This document shows, in pieces, positions 29,313 through 33,775 of a stretch of DNA of 33,775 bases (position 1 is the stretch's first letter; each line of letters opens with the position of its first letter). The notes below the pieces were generated by a model that saw nothing but the letters and a program-made list of their open reading frames with translations, had not been told where the DNA came from and did not search any database. Source of the DNA: Elusimicrobiota bacterium (GTDB taxonomy: Bacteria; CG03; SLGR01; JAGXOG01); the NCBI GenBank assembly GCA_051745145.1, contig JBNJDT010000015.1:1-33775 (forward strand). The letters are read 5' to 3'. The translations under genes were made by a program, and so were the position numbers.

Positions 29313-29503
29313 CAGATTCAAATTAAAACCTACCTTTTATACTAATTTTTAAAATTCTTTAAAGGTAATACTATCAAAATTTTGGCTTTTTGACAAAATT
29401 CCCCGTTTAAAGTTAAACAATGATATGAATATATATTTTAATTATTTTTATCTATTTTTAAAATTTTACCTTCCCTTCTCCGTTTAAAATTACTTAATAA
29501 ATT

Positions 29504-31132
29504 TTAGTAATACTGTTTTTTTAACAAATTTGTAGTTATCCTAAACATAAAACCCGCACATATCATAATAAATAGAGAACCTAAAACAATTGTATCCAGT
29601 TTAAGCCCGGCAATCATTACATGAGGAATTAATAGTACATTCAATATAAAACTAACTGTAATAAAGCCGGTTAACAAAAATAAGATTCCCCCGGAATTAG
29701 TGGCCAGTTTCCAGATGTCGGATTCCTTAAAATCTAAAAATAATACTCCAAAAAAATATCCTAAAACAGTAATAGAAATTACAGTAACCATAATATTTAT
29801 CCAGGAAATAATATGCATAGCTAACGATGCGCCGAGTCTCAAGTTAAAAACCGTAACCATAAATTCAGCCCCGGCAAGCAAAACAATAAAATGTACAAAA
29901 AATTTCTTATACATCCATTCCGACAATTTTAAAGGAGCACTTTTTAAAATCCAGTAATAACCGTTTTCTCCCGACAGTGACGGGTAAATATATCTACCGG
30001 CCAGCGAAACAACTATAAGACCAACAAAGCCATTATTAATAACTACGGGAACATTTAATATTGACTGGACGGAAATTTGAGTTAACCCGTCTACGTGAAG
30101 CCCGTATATTACTATTATCCCTGCAATTATAAACACCTGGGGCCAGTAAATAATGTCATCTATAAAATTATGCAGCTCTTTTTTCCACAGCCACCAGTTC
30201 CTGCTTTTCTTATTAAAATTACTATTTTTACTTATTATCGTTCTTTTAAAATCTAATCTGTAGGCAAAGAGTTTTTTAGAATATATACCGGGAAAGAAAA
30301 ATAACATTGAAAAAAATAATATTATGCTCTCTCCCGCCAACCTGTAGAAATTAGCGTAGAATTTGTCAATATTATTATAGGCCAGATTAATAACGGAATT
30401 AGAGGCAATATAGACCGGATTAAACCCCACTTTAGACTCCAGTACTTCATCGATTCTCACCAGAAAGTCAAATAGTCTTTCGGTAACATTTTCCGTTATT
30501 ATCAATTCCCTATTCATTTTATTTAGATAAAAAACAACAACAATGGAAAGTGCTAATCCCAGAATAAAAGTAATTACCGTAACTGCCTTTTTCGAAAAAG
30601 TCTTTACCATTATAAGATTAGCCCCTATACCAATACTGGCCGGAATCAGTATAAAAAAAGATAAGACTAAAAAAGTAACCGGATAAAAATACCAGTGAAC
30701 CGCCAAAAAACGACCATAGCCTATAAATATGGGAATACTTGCCGTAAAAACCATCCAGGAAATCGTAAAAAGAGTTTCCGCGTATTTAACGCTAAAAATA
30801 GTTGAGAAACTTAAGCTGTGGGAAAGTAAAAAATCCATATCTCCGGGATAAAAAATATTTTTTATAGTAGAAAAAAAACCGCTGAAAATGACAAAACCGA
30901 ACAACCCCACAAAAATCATATGTATTATATTAGAAGCCACTACCCGGGCCAGCTCAAGATCTTTTCCCAGCCGGGTAAATAAATAATAAAATATTTTCTG
31001 TCCCCCATATATATAGATAAAAACCAGTACAGAAATTATTAAAAACCGCAGCCAGTGTTTTTTATTGCTGCGCAAAATTTTATTCTTAAAATTTATTAGC
31101 TTAAGTAAAAATAAATTACTTATCTCTTTCAC
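29504..31132 (-). CDS. ABC exporter permease (large multi-TM, ABC-2-like)
   Basis: About 12 or more hydrophobic segments in two halves (DMDFLLS..; SLSGE..YWILKSAPL); overlaps the ABC ATPase. Confidence 0.82.
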   Translation of the reverse strand: MKEISNLFLLKLINFKNKILRSNKKHWLRFLIISVLVFIYIYGGQKIFYYLFTRLGKDLELARVVASNIIHMIFVGLFGFVIFSGFFSTIKNIFYPGDMDFLLSHSLSFSTIFSVKYAETLFTISWMVFTASIPIFIGYGRFLAVHWYFYPVTFLVLSFFILIPASIGIGANLIMVKTFSKKAVTVITFILGLALSIVVVFYLNKMNRELIITENVTERLFDFLVRIDEVLESKVGFNPVYIASNSVINLAYNNIDKFYANFYRLAGESIILFFSMLFFFPGIYSKKLFAYRLDFKRTIISKNSNFNKKSRNWWLWKKELHNFIDDIIYWPQVFIIAGIIVIYGLHVDGLTQISVQSILNVPVVINNGFVGLIVVSLAGRYIYPSLSGENGYYWILKSAPLKLSEWMYKKFFVHFIVLLAGAEFMVTVFNLRLGASLAMHIISWINIMVTVISITVLGYFFGVLFLDFKESDIWKLATNSGGILFLLTGFITVSFILNVLLIPHVMIAGLKLDTIVLGSLFIMICAGFMFRITTNLLKKQYY

Positions 31133-31859
31133 TGGTCAGCTTTATAAAAATACTTTCCAAATTAGAATCCCCGAGATTGGCTTTCTTTCTCAACTCCTCA
31201 AGCGTTCCCGTATTAACAATTTTCCCCTTATTAATTATTGATATCCGGTCACAAAGCTGGGTGGCAATATCTAAAATATGAGTGGACATAAATATAGCTG
31301 TTCCCTGAGAAGCCAGTTTTTTTATCTCCTTTTTTAATTTCTGAGCCGACAAAGGATCTACCCCCACCATGGGTTCATCTATTATAATTACTTCCGGTTT
31401 TCTCACAAAAGCGGATATAAAGAGTAACTTCTGTTTCATACCCAGAGAAAAGGAATCTATAATTTTCATGCGGGCATCATAAATTTCAAATTCCCTGAAA
31501 TATTCTTCGGCTCTCCGGAAGGTAGGCTCCGGTTTCAGATCATATATAGATACCAGAAAAGAGATGTAATCTACCGGGGACATATACGGATACAAATCGG
31601 GGTGGTCCGGCACTAAAGCAAGTTTCTTTTTAGCCTGCTTGGGATTATCTATAATACTTTTTCCGCATATAATAACATCGCCCTCGGTGGGTAGCATTAA
31701 TCCCGAGCTTATATTTATTGTAGTTGTTTTACCGGCCCTATTGGGACCTAAGAACCCGTATATCTCCCCTTTTTCGACTTCTAAAGATAAATTGCGCACG
31801 GCATATTTATCTTTATACTTCATTGACAAATTTTTAATAATTAGTTTTTTATTGTTCAC
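31116..31859 (-). CDS. ABC transporter ATP-binding protein
   Basis: Walker A GPNRAGKTT, signature FSLGMKQ, Walker B IIIDEP, H-loop STH. GTG start. Confidence 0.94.
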   Translation of the reverse strand: MNNKKLIIKNLSMKYKDKYAVRNLSLEVEKGEIYGFLGPNRAGKTTTINISSGLMLPTEGDVIICGKSIIDNPKQAKKKLALVPDHPDLYPYMSPVDYISFLVSIYDLKPEPTFRRAEEYFREFEIYDARMKIIDSFSLGMKQKLLFISAFVRKPEVIIIDEPMVGVDPLSAQKLKKEIKKLASQGTAIFMSTHILDIATQLCDRISIINKGKIVNTGTLEELRKKANLGDSNLESIFIKLTSERDK

Positions 31860-31897
31860 AATATAGCCTTTATTTAATACAGTTTTAAACTTTTAAA

Positions 31898-31926
31898 ATT
31901 ATTCTTATTATTTATTAGTATGTCAA
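31898..31926 (-). promoter_or_regulatory. Candidate sigma70 promoter for the ABC operon
   Basis: TTGACA (31926-31921), 17 nt, AATAAT (31903-31898). Confidence 0.5.
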
Positions 31927-31942
31927 ATTTTTCTATTCTATT

Positions 31943-31971
31943 TTTACAAAATATTTAAGATTTAGTATTAT
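31943..31971 (+). promoter_or_regulatory. Candidate sigma70 promoter for the ankyrin gene, divergent from the ABC promoter
   Basis: TTTACA (31943-31948), 17 nt, TATTAT (31966-31971); an overlapping TATAAT lies at 31969-31974. Confidence 0.5.
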
Positions 31972-32053
31972 AATAAAGAAAATTCAGTTTAATAAGTTTA
32001 GCTAAACAGTACAAAAAATATAAAATTTTTAACATAAATTAGGAGGTTAAAAT

Positions 32054-33052
32054 ATGGAAGAACTCATTAACGCCGCCAAAGAAGGAGATTTATTTAAAGT
32101 CAAGCAGTTGATACAGTCGGATGTAAACGTAAATGAATCCGGCCCTTTTGACGGAACTGCCCTAACCTGGGCCGGAGAAAGAGGATATATTGAAATAGTG
32201 ACCGATTTATTAGAAGCAGGCGCTAAAATAAACGCTAAAAACTCAGAAGGCAAAACAGCACTTCTTTTGGCTATAGAATACGGAAAATTAAAGACGGCCA
32301 ACGCTCTAATAAAATCCGGGGCCAACGTAACTGAAGCGTCGCCGGAAAATGTCACTCCTTTAATGCAGGCGGCAAAATGCGGCTCGGTCGAATTAGTTAA
32401 AACTCTATTAGAGGCCGATGTCGAGGTGGAAAAAAGTACTGAGTCCGGAATAACAGCTCTTATGTGGGCCGCGGGATCAGGCTGCTTAGATATTACAAAG
32501 GCCCTGTTAGAAGCCGGTGCAGATGTCAATGCCGAAGATAAAGCCGGCGAGACTCCGCTGTTAAAATCTGCCATCGTTGGTAACTGCGAAATTGCCCAGG
32601 CCCTAATAGATGCCGGTGCTGAAATTAACAAAAAGAATATAAATGGCAATACAGCTTTAATGATGGCTACAAAAACTCCCATAAGAGATAAGGAGCCAAT
32701 CCAGATAGTAAGAACTCTTATCCGGGCGGGGAGTGATGTAAATGTTAAAAACAAAAAAGGTGAAACTGCTCTTATGTGGGCCACTGAAAGAGGAAATACC
32801 GCAACGGCTAAAGCTTTAATAGATGCCGGAGCTAATATTAATGCTAAAAACAACAAAGGAGAAACTGCGCTTATGAAGGCAGCCTCCCCCATAATAACTT
32901 ATAATCACTTACACACGGTAAGACTGTTAATTGATTCCGGGGCCGACCTTAATATCAAAAACAAAGAAGGTCACACTGCTTTGATACTGGCTTCCCGGAT
33001 GGGAGACCCGCAGATAGTGAAACTTTTAAAAAAATCCGGAGCTAAAAAATAA
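32054..33052 (+). CDS. Ankyrin repeat protein (10 repeats, no other domain)
   Basis: Repeated G.T(A/P)L..A...G......L...GA.VN units; AGGAGG RBS at 32041-32046; no signal peptide. Confidence 0.95.
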   Translation: MEELINAAKEGDLFKVKQLIQSDVNVNESGPFDGTALTWAGERGYIEIVTDLLEAGAKINAKNSEGKTALLLAIEYGKLKTANALIKSGANVTEASPENVTPLMQAAKCGSVELVKTLLEADVEVEKSTESGITALMWAAGSGCLDITKALLEAGADVNAEDKAGETPLLKSAIVGNCEIAQALIDAGAEINKKNINGNTALMMATKTPIRDKEPIQIVRTLIRAGSDVNVKNKKGETALMWATERGNTATAKALIDAGANINAKNNKGETALMKAASPIITYNHLHTVRLLIDSGADLNIKNKEGHTALILASRMGDPQIVKLLKKSGAKK

Positions 33053-33136
33053 TTACTGTTTAAATTCGGATTTTCTACCACCGTAACCTGCATCATTAAA
33101 AAACTTCCAGATAATATTTATAGTTTTAGTTTCCAA

Positions 33137-33682
33137 TTAGGTGTTATTGTAAGATGGGGATTCTTTTTCCGGAATATCAAATACTTTTACAAGTTCAATA
33201 CTCCACACGACAGAATAAACTGCAAATAAAAAGACAAAAATTAAGAGAAGTGATACATTAAGTTCTACAGGTTTTTGGAGATTGGCCTGTATGGATAAAA
33301 TACCAGCTCCAAATAATAATATAAAAACAGATATGCCGTATTTATATATTAAACCGGATAATTTATCTGCCGCTTTGGATTTATTTTCGGGAGTAAGCCA
33401 GTAATCTTTATTAGGGATAAATAGCCATTTATCCGGTATGCTGAAAGTTAATCTGGGCAAAAAATAAAAGAGTATAAATAAACCGGTATGTAAAACCATA
33501 AAATTAAAAGAATGTGTAAAGCTGGAAACCCACCTGTCAGCTACTCCCCCGGACCCGTAGTGAATAGCTACATCACCGGATAAAATAATCCATGACAATA
33601 ACATAAGTATCATATTAACAGCATAGCTGATAATAAATAAAATTCGTAACTTATTAGATTTATTGCTTTTTTTAATGTCCAT
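33137..33682 (-). CDS. Four-TM membrane protein, DUF1648-like
   Basis: TM1 followed by VAIHYGSGGVADRW (DUF1648-type H-F/Y...G.AD.W), IPNKDYWL, three further TM helices. Confidence 0.75.
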   Translation of the reverse strand: MDIKKSNKSNKLRILFIISYAVNMILMLLSWIILSGDVAIHYGSGGVADRWVSSFTHSFNFMVLHTGLFILFYFLPRLTFSIPDKWLFIPNKDYWLTPENKSKAADKLSGLIYKYGISVFILLFGAGILSIQANLQKPVELNVSLLLIFVFLFAVYSVVWSIELVKVFDIPEKESPSYNNT

Positions 33683-33738
33683 ATTTAGATTTTAAAATTT
33701 TCAACATTTTTAAATATTAGGCTTTTTAAAGCATTCTT

Positions 33739-33767
33739 ATTCTATCTAAATTTTTATAGGTTGTAAA
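33739..33767 (-). promoter_or_regulatory. Candidate sigma70 promoter for the DUF1648-like gene
   Basis: TTTACA (33767-33762), 17 nt, TAGAAT (33744-33739). Confidence 0.5.
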
Positions 33768-33775
33768 ATAAATTT

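Noticed and set aside
29390..29421. Plus-strand TTGACA pointing antisense into the ABC permease
   Set aside because: No acceptable -10 at 16-18 nt (TTAAAC/TAAACA) and no downstream plus-strand gene.
31720..31752. Walker A reads GPNRAGKTT rather than GPNGAGKTT
   Set aside because: Still fits GxxxxGKT, and the other ABC motifs are intact; not enough to call it inactive.
32047..32892. 281-aa minus-strand ORF
   Set aside because: Antisense shadow of the ankyrin gene, which has the RBS, promoter and recognisable repeats.
29504..33775. Right-hand region as a mobile or recently acquired island
   Set aside because: No integrase, transposase, tRNA or flanking repeats, and the ankyrin gene carries the same CCGG signature as the core genes.

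Overview
An AT-rich, gene-dense bacterial window made almost entirely of core genes. From 31859 down to position 1 every gene is on the minus strand, mostly with overlapping or abutting start and stop codons. In transcription order: ABC exporter (ATPase + permease); rpmF-plsX-fabH-fabD-fabG-acpP-fabF-rnc; acyl-CoA dehydrogenase-etfB-etfA, where EtfA carries an N-terminal 2x[4Fe-4S] ferredoxin domain (CarCDE/Bcd-Etf-like, probably electron-bifurcating); a membrane-anchored hypothetical; spoIID/lytB-queA-tgt-orphan-yajC-secD-secF; a split B12-dependent methionine synthase; then LPS core genes (DUF374 acyltransferase-like, waaA, two GT9 heptosyltransferases, a GT2-like/GT4 fusion, two GT2, one GT4) and the 5' end of a probable O-antigen ligase. 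The right end holds a 10-repeat ankyrin gene (+) and a DUF1648-like membrane protein (-). The organism is an LPS-producing diderm and probably an anaerobe; the gene order resembles Elusimicrobiota as I recall it, which is unverified. I saw no RNA genes, CRISPR arrays or mobile elements. The best leads are: (1) a bifurcating ACAD-Etf module attached to a fatty-acid synthesis operon with no enoyl-ACP reductase in view; (2) an apparently catalytically dead GT2 domain fused to an intact GT4; (3) roughly ten-fold enrichment of CCGG in the segments I counted by hand; (4) a nested hairpin containing a perfect Shine-Dalgarno and a CUG mini-ORF between acpP and fabF-rnc; (5) an orphan gene inserted between tgt and yajC, near a motif-divergent QueA. 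All functional hypotheses are inference from motifs and gene context; no searches were run.
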